A DNA stretch of 64,000 nt from Botryllus schlosseri (taxonomy: Eukaryota). Positions 12,160 to 25,578 of this stretch are shown piece by piece (positions within the stretch are counted from its first letter, which is position 1; each line of letters opens with the position of its first letter). The notes under the pieces are model-generated. The model searched no databases. It saw nothing but the letters and a program-made list of their open reading frames with translations, and was not told where the DNA came from. Both the position numbers and the translations under genes were made by a program. The stretch is taken from contig CM119371.1 of assembly GCA_051294905.1 (NCBI GenBank), forward strand, positions 5,582,001 through 5,646,000, in the 5' to 3' direction.

Positions 12160-15100
12160 AGAGTGTACTCAAAGGTGGTGTGGACACAGAAAAAAATTCT
12201 CTCCTTCACGCTTCACTTGGGTAGTGAAGATTGTTATTTTCGATCCGTTTTTAGTACTGATTCAATGCATAAGCCGGTATTGGTATTTGTTGATATTATA
12301 ACCATGTTTCATATCGATATGGGTGGCAAAATTTCGTATGGTATATCTTGATGATGTGATCTATTACCTTAACAAGTTTCAAGGTCCTCACTTCATGATT
12401 AGGGCAGTAATTTCGTTATCGAAGTCAAGTATTTTATTGTCGATCCGTGTGAAACAGTGATTAAACGCAAACGCCGATATCGTTATGTGTTGATTTTGAC
12501 GATGTTATATACCGAGATGGGTCACACGATTTGGTATGGAATATCTTGAGGATATCATCAAACACTGTACCAAGTTTCAAGTTTGTCACTCAATGTTTAG
12601 GGTGATAATTGCCTTATTCAAATCGACTATCTCTTAAGTGGTGCGCGAAACAGAAACTAAACTACGCGTTGCCAATTTTACGCAAAACTCTATATTGATA
12701 TTTGGATTTTGACGGTATTCTATACGTAGTTTGCAGACAACATTTCGTATGGTATATCTTTATTATATCAGCTAACAGTGTACCAAGATTCAAGGCTGCA
12801 CTCAATTATTAGGGTAGTAATTGGCTTGCCGAAGTCGACAATGTCAATACATCGGTGAGAGGCAGACGGAAACTAGGCTACCGCATAATAGATTTTATGC
12901 AAAAGTCGCTATTGATATGTGTTAACTTTGACGGTGTTTTATACGTATTTCGGAGACAAGATTTCGTATGGTTTATCTTGATTATATCAACTATCGATGT
13001 ACTAGGTTCCAAGGCAATCGCTCAATGGGGTAGGGTAGTTATTGTGTTATCCGAATCGACTGTGTGTATAGAAGTGTGTATAGAAGTGTGCGCTAACGTA
13101 AAACTAGGCTGCCGCATAGCAGATTTTACGCTAAAGTAGCTATTGATATGTGTTGATTTTGACGGTGTTCTATACGGAGTTGGGAAATAAAATTTCGCAT
13201 GGTATATCTTGATTAATGATTATATCAGTTGACGTGCCAATTTTCAAGGCTGTCATTCAATGATTAGGGCGGTAAGTTCGTTAGCGATGAGTAGGCTACA
13301 CTCCAATCCTTGAGTCTTGGATTGGAAGTATTGATGTGTTTATTGTGCCTGCCTTCGTTGTAATATATCCGTCAAATCTGCAATGTTTCTCTGGGTCCAG
13401 TCGAACCTGAAGTAATATAGCCGCATTCAGTTAGATAGCGAAGACTATACGACCGAACGGCTACAAACGGCACCTAGTATAAATAAGAGTCTTCGGAAAC
13501 TATATTATTACTGCCCTCATTATTAAGTGACAACCTTGAAACCTGGCAGTTCGTTAGCTAATATAATCAAGATATACCATGCAAAACTTGTCTCCCAGAT
13601 ACGTATAGAACACCGTCCAAATTACACATATCAATAGCGACTTTTGCGTAAAATCTGTTATGCGGTAGCCTGGTTTCATTCTAGCTCTCGCCGATGCATT
13701 GTCGACTTTGATGAGGCAACTACTACCCTAATCATCGAGTAACAGCCTTGTAACTTCGTACATCGCTAGCTGATGTAATAAAGACATACCATACGAAATG
13801 TTGTCTGGAAACTACGTATAGAATACCGTTAGAATCAAAACATATCAATAGCGAGTTTGGCGTAAAATCGGCTATGCGTAGTTTAGTTTCAGTTTCGTGC
13901 ACAGTGCACACTGCACACGCATACATAGTCGATTTGAATAAGGCAATTATTACCCAATCATTGAGTGACAAATTTGAAACTTGGTACAGTGTTCGATGAT
14001 ATCGTCAAGATATACCATACCAAATCATGTGACCCATCCCGGTATAAAACATCGTCAAAATCAACACATACTGATACCGGTGTTTGCGATCACTGTTTCT
14101 GACGGATCGACGATAAGATACTTGACTTCGACAACGAAATTACTGCCCTAATCATGAAGTAGGAACCTTGAAACTTGGTACGGTATTAGATCACATCATC
14201 TTGATATACCATACGAAATCTTGTGACCCATTCCGATATGAAACATCGTCAAAATCAACATATACCAATATAGGCTTATGCATTGAATCAATACTGAAAA
14301 CTGATCGAAAATAACAATCTTGACTACCCAAGTGAAGCGTGAAGGAGAGAATTTTTTTCTGTGTCCACACCACCTTTGAGTCAGTGATGAGCGGATGTTG
14401 GATTTTGAGAATCCGAATCCGTCCGACAGTTTTGGTGTCTGCGGAACTATCCGTCCGACTCCGGATAATCTCATCCAACTATCCGAATTTATCCGGAAAT
14501 CTCCTTCAAGAATCCGAAAAATCCTTATCGAATAATGATATCGCAGAATATCAATTGTACAGCTGAGCTTAGTTTCAGTTCTGCACTAGAAGATCACGAA
14601 TTGTATCTATGGAATGAACAAAATTGGAATTTCATTTATAGTAAAGTTAACGCAAAGAAACAACGCTACTAATTTGAAGTAAGTGTGCGAATGAAAGTGG
14701 TATCTCGATCAAAAGCAAATGTAAAATGACAAAGATCATTAGGCCATGGCCATATGTAACAATCAGGCATGTAACCATATCACCAAATATATATCAAGAA
14801 GTAATAGTAGCAAGTTGTGAACATGTAATTTTACAATCGGGAGATGGTCAATATTAGATGCAGATAAGCCACATTTTGCCCACAAGTGCTGGAAGGCGTG
14901 AAGGCCTGTTTAGTAGCAACTTGCTGATGCTTATAATACCTTTGGTCAATCAGTTCAAAGCTTCGAGCATGACGCTTATAGTCGTGTCACACAAAATGTG
15001 AATCATAGCACCATCCTGATTCCTGAATGTCCCACAATCTGTCCAAATTTCCTCTCCAGTAGCTGGTTAGTAGTTGTCTTGTCGACTTGTTTATTGGACG

Positions 15101-16970
15101 AGAAGAAACTCATCTTCAACTGTGCTGTATCCTTGGCCTTTTGGATATGGTTTGTAAGGTTCATTGTACCACTTGATAACGTGTGGTGTTTCACTTGAAC
15201 ATAGAAATTATAGCATTCAGCAGAGCCAGTGTCCCATAAATCCGGATGCAATCCCTCTACACTCCACTCTGGCTGTGCTATCTCTCAAGACGTCGACTTT
15301 CTTCAATCCATTATAATTGAGAAACGAAACTCCGACAGTACGGAATCATAGCTCAAATCGACACTCACACGAGGAGTTTGACAACATTCAAGGTCTTCAA
15401 ATAATGCAATGCACATTATGCACTAGTTGATGGACCTCCACTCAAGAGATATGACGCATCACTAACGTACTGATCAACACTCCTTGGCGTTGACTTTCAA
15501 ACTGTTTACATGGTCTCTCGTTGAAATCATATGGAAAAGCACCATAATCACGCCAAAGTCTTTTTTCACAATTCTTCAACTGAAATCAAATTTACTTAAA
15601 CAGACCATTGCTTGACAAAAAAACTAACAGCTTTTTCTTGTATGGCTCAGTGGTTCTGGATGATTGATTCCGTCAATCATATTGTAGAAAATATAGCAGC
15701 TGAAGGAAGGGAAGAGTAAGCACTAAGCAGGACAGTTGAGTAGGTTTGCTTTCGTTGTAACGGTATATAGGAATTCTGGATTTTATAGCCTTGTTAGATG
15801 TTATTAGTGTGCCTTAGTATGATATGCATGTATCTTGAATGATTTCAAAGAGGCTGGTAGGCTGCTGTATCGTCAAGGCATCATTATATTAATTATCATA
15901 CATTTTATCTATATATCTTCTTACATAATTTTCCATATAATTATCTGACTCCAGAAAGATACTTGTACATGTTTGTATGCATATTCTTATTTGGTTGACC
16001 GGGCTGCAGGTGTGTGAATAGCTGTTAACTCGATGTGCCAAGCTGACAAGAAGTCCAAGTCCACACTGGGAATACCTTCTCACAGAATGGAGTTATTACA
16101 TTGTTGAACGTCATCAGGATATATTCCGTTATGATCATGAACTGCTGAAAGACTCATGGTAGCCAAAGATTGTGCCATAGCACAAGCACCGCTGTATAGT
16201 GTTGATCGAAAGGGTATCATACAGCTACTGTGGCAGCATGAAAATCATTCATGCAACAAGTACGCAAAGAGGGATTTGACTTACCGCTATATTAATCTAC
16301 AGAAGACTGCCACAACAACAATTTGAGGATTCTAGAAATTGTATGCCCTATTGTGACATTCATCAGCAATGGGTTAAAAAACTACATGTGAAGGCGAGAA
16401 GCAAACGCAGTTTTGTGACTGATGTTGAAACTATACCTTCAATTTTGCGAACTTCAGACACTGCTCTGCGAGAATACCGTACTGATGATAACCATGTCAG
16501 GCGAGCTCATGTCCAATCATACCATCTTTTATCAGTTCACATATTATTTATCGTTAGACTGGCAAGTATGGTATACTTTATGTGTTTTAGCTAATAAATC
16601 TGATAACATGGCTGATCTTATAGTATTGTCTATTCTTGAATGGTTAGAATGGTAGTGGCAATAGTTGATCTATATTACCTTGGACTCTTGACAAACATTT
16701 TTAGACTGCTACCAGTCATATCGCAAGGTGTCAGCTGTCTGTATTTGGTTATTGAATTGATTACTTCTTTCTATAGGCCTGTAATCAAATCTCACATAAG
16801 GTTACAACTATCCGGAAATATCCTATGAAAAGTTACAACTATCCGACAATATCCGAAAAAATATTTGTGATAATATCCGAGTCCTATCCGACTGCCACAA
16901 AATCGTCTAATATCCGGTCCGAATGCCATCCGAGTCCGTCCGGTGCTCATCACTGCTTTGAGTACACTCT
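12160..16970. mobile_element. Foldback/MULE-like non-autonomous element with ~1-kb inverted arms
   Basis: Termini agagtgtactcaaaggtgg / cctttgagtacactct; 9-bp TSD agtgacacc (12151-12159, 16971-16979). Arms 12160-~13290 and ~13500-14373 are inverted copies built of ~185-bp subrepeats (ttcgtatggtatatcttga). Confidence 0.85.
14382..16955. mobile_element. Decayed hAT transposon nested in the foldback right arm
   Basis: TIRs cagtgatgagc / gctcatcactg; perfect 8-bp TSD ctttgagt; atccg subterminal repeats; BED-finger-like and transposase-like remnants inside. Confidence 0.9.
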
Positions 16971-17795
16971 AGTGACACCGAGATATTTTGCTGAGTCACA
17001 TATGGAGATTTGTTTATGATCGATGTTCACAATGTAACTATGATTGGCATTATTTAAAAGGAGCATCTCGGTCTTATCTGCATTCAAGCTTAGTTTGTTT
17101 GCTTGGAGCCATCTCGACACTTTTGGGAGTTCCCTATTCACGGATGCATGCAAATCATTGCCAGTGTTAGAGGTTATGAAGAGGTGAGTATCATCAGCAA
17201 ATAGGGTTGTGCGGAATAAAGATGCATTAACAATGTCATTAATATAAATGAGGAAAAAAGTCGGTCCAAGGACTGAGCCTTGTGGGACTCCACAAGTTAT
17301 ATCTCTGGTAGTCGATCTTAATGTCCCCAGTTTAACAAATTGTTCGCGATTTGCCAGGTAGCTTTCAAGTAGAGTTGCTGCAATACCCCTGATTCCATAG
17401 TGTTCTAGCTTGTATCTTAAGATTCTGTGGTTAACTGTGTCGAAAGCTTTGCGGAGGTCGATAAAAATGCTGCAGCCACTTTTTTTTGCTTGATGGTTTT
17501 GTAATAGTCCGTTACAATTGATAGTATTGCATGGTTGGTGTTGTGGTTTGATCTGAATCCATGCTGGGTAGGAGACAGTACTGCATTCAATTCAAAAAAA
17601 TTTTTGAGTCGGCAGTCAATCAGTTTCTCAAAAACCGTGGCAAGATTTGGCAGAACAGATATCGGTCGGTAGTTAGAAATTAGCTTTTTACAGCCTTTCT
17701 TAAACACTGGCATTACTCTGGCAGTTTTCAGTGCATCTGGGAAAATGCCCAGACGTATCGACTCATTAAAGAAAATGCATATAACATCACCAATA
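16971..17795 (-). pseudogene. CR1/L2-like LINE reverse transcriptase domain (frameshifted, 5'-truncated)
   Basis: PVFKKG, NYRPISVLP, QHGFR, DLRKAFDTVNH, GVPQGSVLGP, FADDT, KYLGVT; continues as GVTIDAKMSWK at 12126-12159. Confidence 0.95.
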
Positions 17796-18227
17796 ATATT
17801 AAAGACTAGCTAGCGTATTGTATTTGGTTGAAATAATACTTGCGATAAATAATAGTTGTCTGTCTTGGACACGTTTTCCGCGACAGATCTGCATAAAATT
17901 GGGTATGGACAGAGTTTTATCATGTGTCAGTGTCCAAATCCGGATACCATATCCGGATACGCCATTGTTTTATCAGTATGGTGATACAACCGTTCATGTT
18001 GTTACATGCCACATTTAGTAGGTACCCTTCGATTTGTGTGATAGAATTTTGTGTGATAACTTCACTTTGGTGAGGGATATAGTCCGCCCACTTTTAAACT
18101 GAAACAGCCCAGATTTAAGTTTTGCTGAGGTCACGGTATGGATTTGAAATGTGATGGTCAGATTTGCGAAAACTGACCCGATTTCAAAAGGGCTCACATT
18201 AAGAAGTGACCCCCATGTTCACCACCA

Positions 18228-18543
18228 ATCACCTCTTGTCGTTACACTAACACTGTTGCCCTACCTCGCCCAGACATTGCTTCATTGATCATTTGCTACC
18301 ATTGTTTAATTTTTTTTCTATTTTCCTTTCGTAACTAAACATTTTTTGCAGCCAGACTGTTCTGAGTCAAGTGTACCTGTTTGATGCTGGTGTGATCAGA
18401 CTAGATGACCTTCACGGTCTTATCGATCATTCCTATCTAATACCGAATACTGTGCACGCATATTTTCTGTACCACCATCACTGCCGTTTGTTATGTATTT
18501 TGGTTCGATGAAAATAAAGACTCTCTCTCTCTCTCTCTCTCTC
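18228..18543 (+). mobile_element. 5'-truncated LINE 3' end with (CT)n tail
   Basis: Matches 11810-12123 (atcacctctt.tcgttacactaacactgttgcc...aataaaga(ct)n). Confidence 0.9.
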
Positions 18544-19453
18544 CCAAAAATACCATGACTGGTACACGAACGCAAATCAAATATCTGACACTGTCAACTT
18601 TTCGTTTTAGCGATCGCCGATCGGAAATGATGTATTGTTTGCGGACATTTAAAAGGTGCATTAAAGTGAAATGCAACTCAATTGGCGTGTCAATTAAGAG
18701 AGATAATCCAGGTGAAAGAGATGAGAAAACAGGGAGCACTTAAATATCAAGCAAAAACCATAACTGTCAGCATGTTCACGGGGTGCATTGATTGGAGGTA
18801 ATCATGGGGAACATTCCCCAATGTGTGCAGTATACCAAAGAAGGTATTGCAGCATGTGCATAAGTTGGCTAATTTTAAAAATCTTCAAACTTATTGTTGT
18901 CGTATAAAGCTTGTATCCCTGGAAGTATTGATGTTTGTCTCATGTTGTTTGGTTCAAGTTGAATTATAATTTGTGTTAGATGCATATCGAGCTGCTTAAT
19001 TATGGTATCCCATTGTTGGTTCTTATATTCAAATTCTCACTGTTGAAAATGTCACTTGTACTGATTGGCACAGTCACAATGATTCCAGTACCGTACTCGA
19101 ATGTAGTAGTAATTGTGATAATCCAAGTTGAGTATTTAAAGATGATTTTTTTCCTTGATGCAATACTAAGTGTTGTATTATCACTGCCATACATCAGTGA
19201 TTGAATTTGTTGGAAGTAAAGCAATCAGTTATTATGAGCTGAATTTCTATTTTTAAAATGTGAACACTTCCTTATCATGTTTCTATCTAATTAGGAGGGT
19301 TATTACTATTTGAAAATTGGTTTGGTATTTTTCATGCTGCCAAGACAACGCTCGTAAAAATGATATGAGGAACTGCAAATTAATTCATAGCGAGACTTAC
19401 AAACGACTACTCACGAGATAATGGGGGACAGTCTATGTTTATTAGCACTACAT

Positions 19454-20510
19454 CAGACTTGGACAGCTAGATACGGTAATTCAAGTTGTGTTATTAGACT
19501 AATTAGAGCAAAATAGTACGGTAGGTATATAATTGGAATTAATTTGTGAAATGTTAATGTGCTCTAATTCTAATCAAATTTCTGCTCTTCCTGAAAATGC
19601 TACAAGAGATCCGTGTTATGCGAAATCGACTAAGCTCTGTTTTATAGACATTTCCTATTCTCGATTTTATAGTAGTCAATTCTGGTTTGATATGGACTGA
19701 GCTTCATTTTTTTGTATTTATTTGTAATGTGGAATTTAATTCAATTTTGAAGCTTTTGCGAATTCAGTAATTCTTATTTAATTTGGAAAACTAATTTTGT
19801 GTTGTTCTGAAATTCCTCAACGTAATCAATCTCATATTATTTTGATATGTCGTCTTTGCGTCGTAACATCCATTGATCATTAACAATGTTTGATTTTGAC
19901 TGATCACCAGACCTAAGACCGAACAGAGAATTTTCCTGACTTGAGTGTAACTGATAAATGTCTATATAGTTGTTACAGACTTGGACATGATATAGTTCTA
20001 ATTGTTTCATCAGATTAATTAGAGCAAACTGCCAGTACTTATCCAATTTGTGCAATGAGTCGTTACTCCAATTCTAATCTGGTTTTACTGGTCTGGTCTG
20101 GTCTGGTTTTCCTGGAAATGCTACAGGTTTAGTAGTTCTGTTAATGTAATACGAGTCAAGCTTGCCGTACAGACATTTGCTATTCGCCTGCTTATAAGAA
20201 CGGACTCTGATATGAAGTGAACTTGATTCAAGTTTTCAAGAATCCAGTTAATTGTAATATATTTTGGAAAGAAATGTATAACTAGAATTCTAATCCAATT
20301 TCGAATAGCTGAAAATGTATTTGTCAATTCTGCCTGTTATCTGTTAAGGTATTTTTTAAAAAAGCTCAAAACATGGTGAGGCCCTCAATGAGCCCACATT
20401 TCGTAGAATGCCACTCTTTATTACATAGCACATTTTAACGACTCTTATTGATTAGCATTTGAAATTAAATTTCCATGTTCGCTAAGAAACATCCAAGTCA
20501 AGGACTAAAC
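19454..20510. mobile_element. Degenerate copy of the AATTAG-rich hAT-type MITE family (end uncertain)
   Basis: Starts cagacttggacagctag, the reverse complement of the 25578 terminus; many ctaatt/aattag motifs. Confidence 0.55.
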
Positions 20511-20591
20511 CTTAATCGACTTTAGTACAGGCGCTGTAAAACCTGCAAAGGGTTGCTAATTTCGAATTGTGTGTGGATAGGTTTAAGATTA

Positions 20592-21464
20592 CCGTAATTT
20601 TCCATGTATAATCCGCAAAATTTTCACGATTTTTTTGCCCCAAAATCAGGGGGTGCGTATTATACATGGGAACAACACGCTTGAAAAAAATCTCCCTCGA
20701 TGAAAAACTTGAAATCACACCTTTCTTCATGCTTGTTTCCGATCGCGCATCACTTTCAGCCATGTGCCCAGTAAATCGTATTATCAGTGCAACTCGCTAC
20801 CAATTAGCAAAAAGCGTGTTGCCAATTAACGAGAGTCTTCTGCACAGCACGCAATTTCCTGCTGAGTTGGTTTGCCGTTTGCACACGAGCAAAATTAGGT
20901 TATTCATTGATAGCTGAACGCGCGCGCGGCGATCCTCGCTAATTCATCGACAGGCCATGTGCGCAAAATATATTCTTTAGCGTAATCAGTCGCACCTCCA
21001 ACAGACATGGTGTGCACGACATAACCGTTGGCCTTGGAAAACGCATCTGGCCTCATGCGCAAGATGTCGCATCGCCGGCCTCGCAGGCTTTGGCTGCTAT
21101 CTACTATCATATAGAGGCAATACCATTACTTGTATAATGATTAGCAATCGCATCTGTAATACGCCTCGTTTCGCTGGCCCGAACTATCGCGTCGCCAGCC
21201 TCGCAGGCTTTGGCTGCTCTGCACTATCGTTTGGAGACAATACCGTTAATTGCATAATGATTTGACATGGTTGACGGTTGTGTCATGATTGTTCGACAGT
21301 GACATTGCAAAACAGAACAACATCGCGTATTAAAACACAGCTATTCATGTACTATGAATTCAGGGTGCGTACTATACATGGGTACAGGCTTTTTCCCAGA
21401 ATTTGCATGCCATTTTAAGGGTGCGTATTATACATGGGGGCGTACTATACTTGGAAAATCACGG
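20592..21464. mobile_element. Tc1/mariner-pogo (Tigger-like) MITE
   Basis: TIRs ccgtaattttccatgtata / tatacttggaaaatcacgg flanked by TA; repeated gggtgcgtattatacatggg subterminal motifs. Confidence 0.85.
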
Positions 21465-22084
21465 TAGCCGAAGTTGGTTTGTAGAAGGGACAAAATACTG
21501 AAATATCTGTATGCTGACGCTACATGATGTTCTTGACTGAATATTAAAGAGCCTGAAAAGTGGTTGTTGCTCTCAACGCGATTTGCCTTCCAAGTAGGCC
21601 TATTAGTTATTGATATGTGTAGTCCGATATCAAATTTTATTTTTTCCATCACACGAACCCCAGGGTCACACTGAGCCAGTCTCGGGGGTACGCTGGGGTC
21701 AAGACATACACCAGACTCACACAGCTGAAGTCTCTCTTATTTGCAGTAAATGTTCATTGATATTTTTTCTTTTTCTGTGAAAATCATTTTATAATGGTTC
21801 TGTAATTTTCAAGTTATTGTTTATGTACAGCTGAATTCGCGCATCAGTATTCTATAGTAATGCATCAGTTGTGTAATGAGATAGATTTTGATGTTCGTGA
21901 TTAGGCGAAAATTTGTGGTGTTCCGAAGGCTTGCAGATTACCGCATGAGCTCGCTAAGTTAGTTAGAAAAGGTCAAGCTTTCACAATACCTTGCCTTTTG
22001 ATTTGATGATAAGTGGGTGGTGAAAGTTTTTATTAATGACCGAGCAGGTGTGTCTTGGAAAGTTGGAGAACTACTGTTCTAGAA

Positions 22085-22815
22085 CAGGGGCTATCAGGGG
22101 GGCGCAAGAAATTTTTGTCAACTTTGTCAATGTCTGTATAAATTGTGAATAAACATGTTTTTCACAACCATTCTGAAGAGACGATTATTGAAGATTAAAC
22201 TTAATTCGTATTCTAGAAAACTTGCCAAACTCAACTTCAGCAGTCGTGCTCAACGGAGTATAGGCTGACTTCAATTTCATTTGAGCAAATTTTTGATATT
22301 ATTTGAAGATTTAGAGAAATTCTTACGTGCAAGTCATTCATTACTTTATAGCTTTAACAGTAGCCTAAATCTCTGTGCGCTAGGTAGCTGTTGTTGATAG
22401 CTGGCGAACTACACTGCCTAAGACAGACTTAGATGCAATATAGGTTGGCCGGTTTCGCCCTCAATTTGGCTACATATCAACAAAATTTAATTCATTTCCA
22501 AAACTGATGAAATTTAGCATGACAGGACAGAACGACGCCGTGCTCTCTGTAGTCAGTACCAGCATCAGGATTAGTCCCAGTGCAACCTACCTTGAAATTA
22601 ATTGATGTCCTTTTCAATGTTTTTTTGTTATTTTCAAACAAGTTTGTCAGCAATGTAAAAGACTAAACAACTGGAATGCGGAATCAAAATTGGCATATGA
22701 TATACCTCATGTAGCCTATACTATTAGATCAGGGGTGGGGAGCCCGTATGGCCGCATGCGGCCGTAGAAGGGAATTTGTGCGGCATTCGACGCCTAATTC
22801 AATTAGTATGTTGGG
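22085..22815. mobile_element. Partial inverted copy of the composite hAT MITE at 51445-55537, lacking the LTR insertion
   Basis: Reverse complement matches 55088-55510 joined directly to 52010-52311. Confidence 0.85.
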
Positions 22816-23331
22816 CGCAAAAACTATGCAAAACAAATTCGACTCAATTCCAAGCCGTAGAAGTGGAGTTATATCAGTTTTTCTTTGATAATTCTGGGAT
22901 TATCCTTGATCAGTGGATAATCCATGAATTTTCATCGAAAAACTGGAATAACTCCGTTTCTATGGCTTGGAATTGAGTAAAATTTGTTTTCCATAGTCTT
23001 TGAAGACAGCCCAACAATTCCATTCCAATTCCAAAAAATTTGAAAATTTTTTATTGCGTTTCTGGGCAAATTCAAAATTTTATAACTCTACGAAAACCGC
23101 GAATATTGGTTGGAATGAAATCAAATTTGGTGTGCGTCGTTTTTTAAGGCAACCTAACGATTTAATCACGTAGCCCGCAAGATTAAGGAAAAAAAGGTTA
23201 TTTTTGAACAGCCCTACTGTGCATAAATAATATCCTGAATGATGAATATATTATGATTTCAACAACTATTATTGGTATTGTAATTAATCATGTTTCCTAA
23301 AATTCCGTTGTGTTCAGCTGTCTGTCTGCAT

Positions 23332-24039
23332 TAGGGTTGTCCAAAATTTGGAAAATCTCAAAAAGTCTCCGCGATTGTGTCTCATTCTATAGATTATTGA
23401 TAAAAAAAAAAAAAACAATTAGCCTGAAAGAAGCTTACAGGAAAGCCGTTAAGATTTCGGTCAAAGCGTTTGAAAGTAGCTGCTCAAGAATGGGCGTGCC
23501 ACTGACCATAGAACGGCGACGAGACTAGTAATCAAATAACCACGGCTCTTGATTGGCTAATCGGCTATGCTTCAATGACCACGGCAGCAGTAGCTTGCGG
23601 ATTAGATGTTCAAGAAGTCTGCTACCGGCGGGGATTCTGAGTGCGCATTGTTAGTAGTTTGGCAGGTCATGATTTAAGATTAATTCGGGACATGTTGAGG
23701 TACGAAAGACATGATGAACAAACAACACCTGCATCACAGAAGCTTTTACAGCATGACTGCTTCATTGTTAAGGATACGGATAAAGCCTACAATGTCGTGT
23801 TTTCATCGAGAGAAAGCAAAGGCGCTTATGCAATCGTTGAGCGAATTCACCGTTTCAGTACGAATCCACCATCAGTGAATACAAATATATAAAGCTTAAC
23901 AATGATACTATACTTTGACCGAAATCTTAACGGCTTTCCTGTAAGCTTCTTTCAGGCTAATTGTTGTTTTTTATCAATCTATAGAATGAGACACAATCAC
24001 AGAGACTTTTTCAGATTTTCCAAATTTTGGACAACCCTA
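23332..24039. mobile_element. MITE with ~130-bp TIRs
   Basis: tagggttgtccaaaatttggaaaatct / agattttccaaattttggacaacccta; 7-bp TSD tctgcat. Confidence 0.9.
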
Positions 24040-24287
24040 TCTGCATCTTCACCATTTCGGACATGCCTGTGAAAAGTTAAGCATACTAGCAATAGACAAT
24101 AGACATGCATTCATTTCGATAAGTGAGGCTTAAGTCACGAGATGGCAATGCCACCCAGATTCGGGTAGTGGTAATAAACGTCGAAGAACCACTGGTCTCT
24201 AAAAGATTGTCGAACACACTCATCTGTCGGCTAGTGCTATCAGAGCTTGTGTTTAGCGCGACCAAGGCCATGGTGCCTACTCCGAAC

Positions 24288-25578
24288 CAGAATTGAACAA
24301 CTAGAAAATTTTAAGCTTTTTGAATTAGATTAGAATTAGAGCTATACAGTCCTTTCCAAATTAGATTAGAATTATAATTAGAGTTACACATCTTTTTCCA
24401 AACTAGATGAGAATTATAACTAGAGCTAGACAAGTTTTCCAAATTAGATTATAATTAGAATTAGAGCTACACAGCTTTTTCCAAATTAGATTAGAATTAG
24501 AATCACTGAATTCGCAAAAGAAAATTATGAATGGAAAGTGAATACAGCCATTCACAATGCATTCCCATAACCATGAGAATGATGGTTACGTCCGTACACC
24601 AAGCTTGGCTCGTTTGGTACCATACCAGGGGTCACCGCGATCGCGGCAGGCGATCTTATTTGTGAATTTGGAAGAACGCGAAATAAAGCATTTTGAAATG
24701 CTAAACTTGTTTAAGTTTTAAATTATTGTGGGTATTTCAAAATAAGCTATTCGCCTGTGCCCAACAACACTAATCCACACTAGATGAAACGGCTTCGGCG
24801 ATGGCAACAGCATTCCACCGATGGGGAGTCAGCTGATATCAATAAGCACATTGCCTAGAAGTGCAATGACTCAGACACGACCGAGACCAAGACGATTAGA
24901 AAACGGCATAGGACCGTCCCCACAAGATCAATCTTTAGGATGAGATAGTCTTTCAGCTAGTAACATGGCTGGCTAGTCGCAAGTTCGTTTCATCAGTCGC
25001 GGTGAAGCGTTGTCGGGTATCGTGCGCAGCTCATAGTTCAGAATAAAGTGACGTTCATGATCATGATATTTCTTGCATTTGTACTACTTAATAATACATT
25101 GCTTCTTTTGTGGTACAGTAACCATGAGCATTGCACATGTTTGTCAGCACGGCGCTGTATACTAATGTAAAGTTTTAAAGACTGGAATGTTGTTCATTGA
25201 CTACAAGCTACTATCCTAGCAGGCTATTATTCGTCACAATAACTGCTATGACTTACGGTGCAAGTAACGCGGATGGCGAGTTGGCATTGGATTTCCCTGC
25301 GCGAGAGGGATATTCTTGTTAATTCGCTGCAAAATGCCTCGGACAAAGAGGCATTTTCAGGAAAACAATAAATTAGATTAGAATTACAACTAGAGCAGAG
25401 GGGTATTTCACGAATTAGATTAGAATTAGAAATAGAGCATAAAACATTTCACAAATTAGATTAGAATTAGAATTAGAGCATAGAATCATTTTATAAATTA
25501 GATTAAAATTAGATTACTTGCATTTCGCTCTAATTTAGTGAAATTAGACAACTAGAATTATCTAGTTGTCCAAGTCTG
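24288..25578. mobile_element. hAT-type MITE with aattagattagaattaga subterminal arrays
   Basis: Termini cagaattgaacaactag / ctagttgtccaagtctg; perfect 8-bp TSD ctccgaac. Confidence 0.9.

Noticed and set aside
12079..14478. Similar ORFs on opposite strands (KVVWTQKKILSFTLHLGS)
   Set aside because: They are chance translations of the foldback element's inverted arms.
14878..14920. PTSAGRREGLFSS on the + strand as a hAT dimerisation motif
   Set aside because: It is out of order relative to the other motifs; a better-placed candidate lies at ~16246, so this is probably chance.
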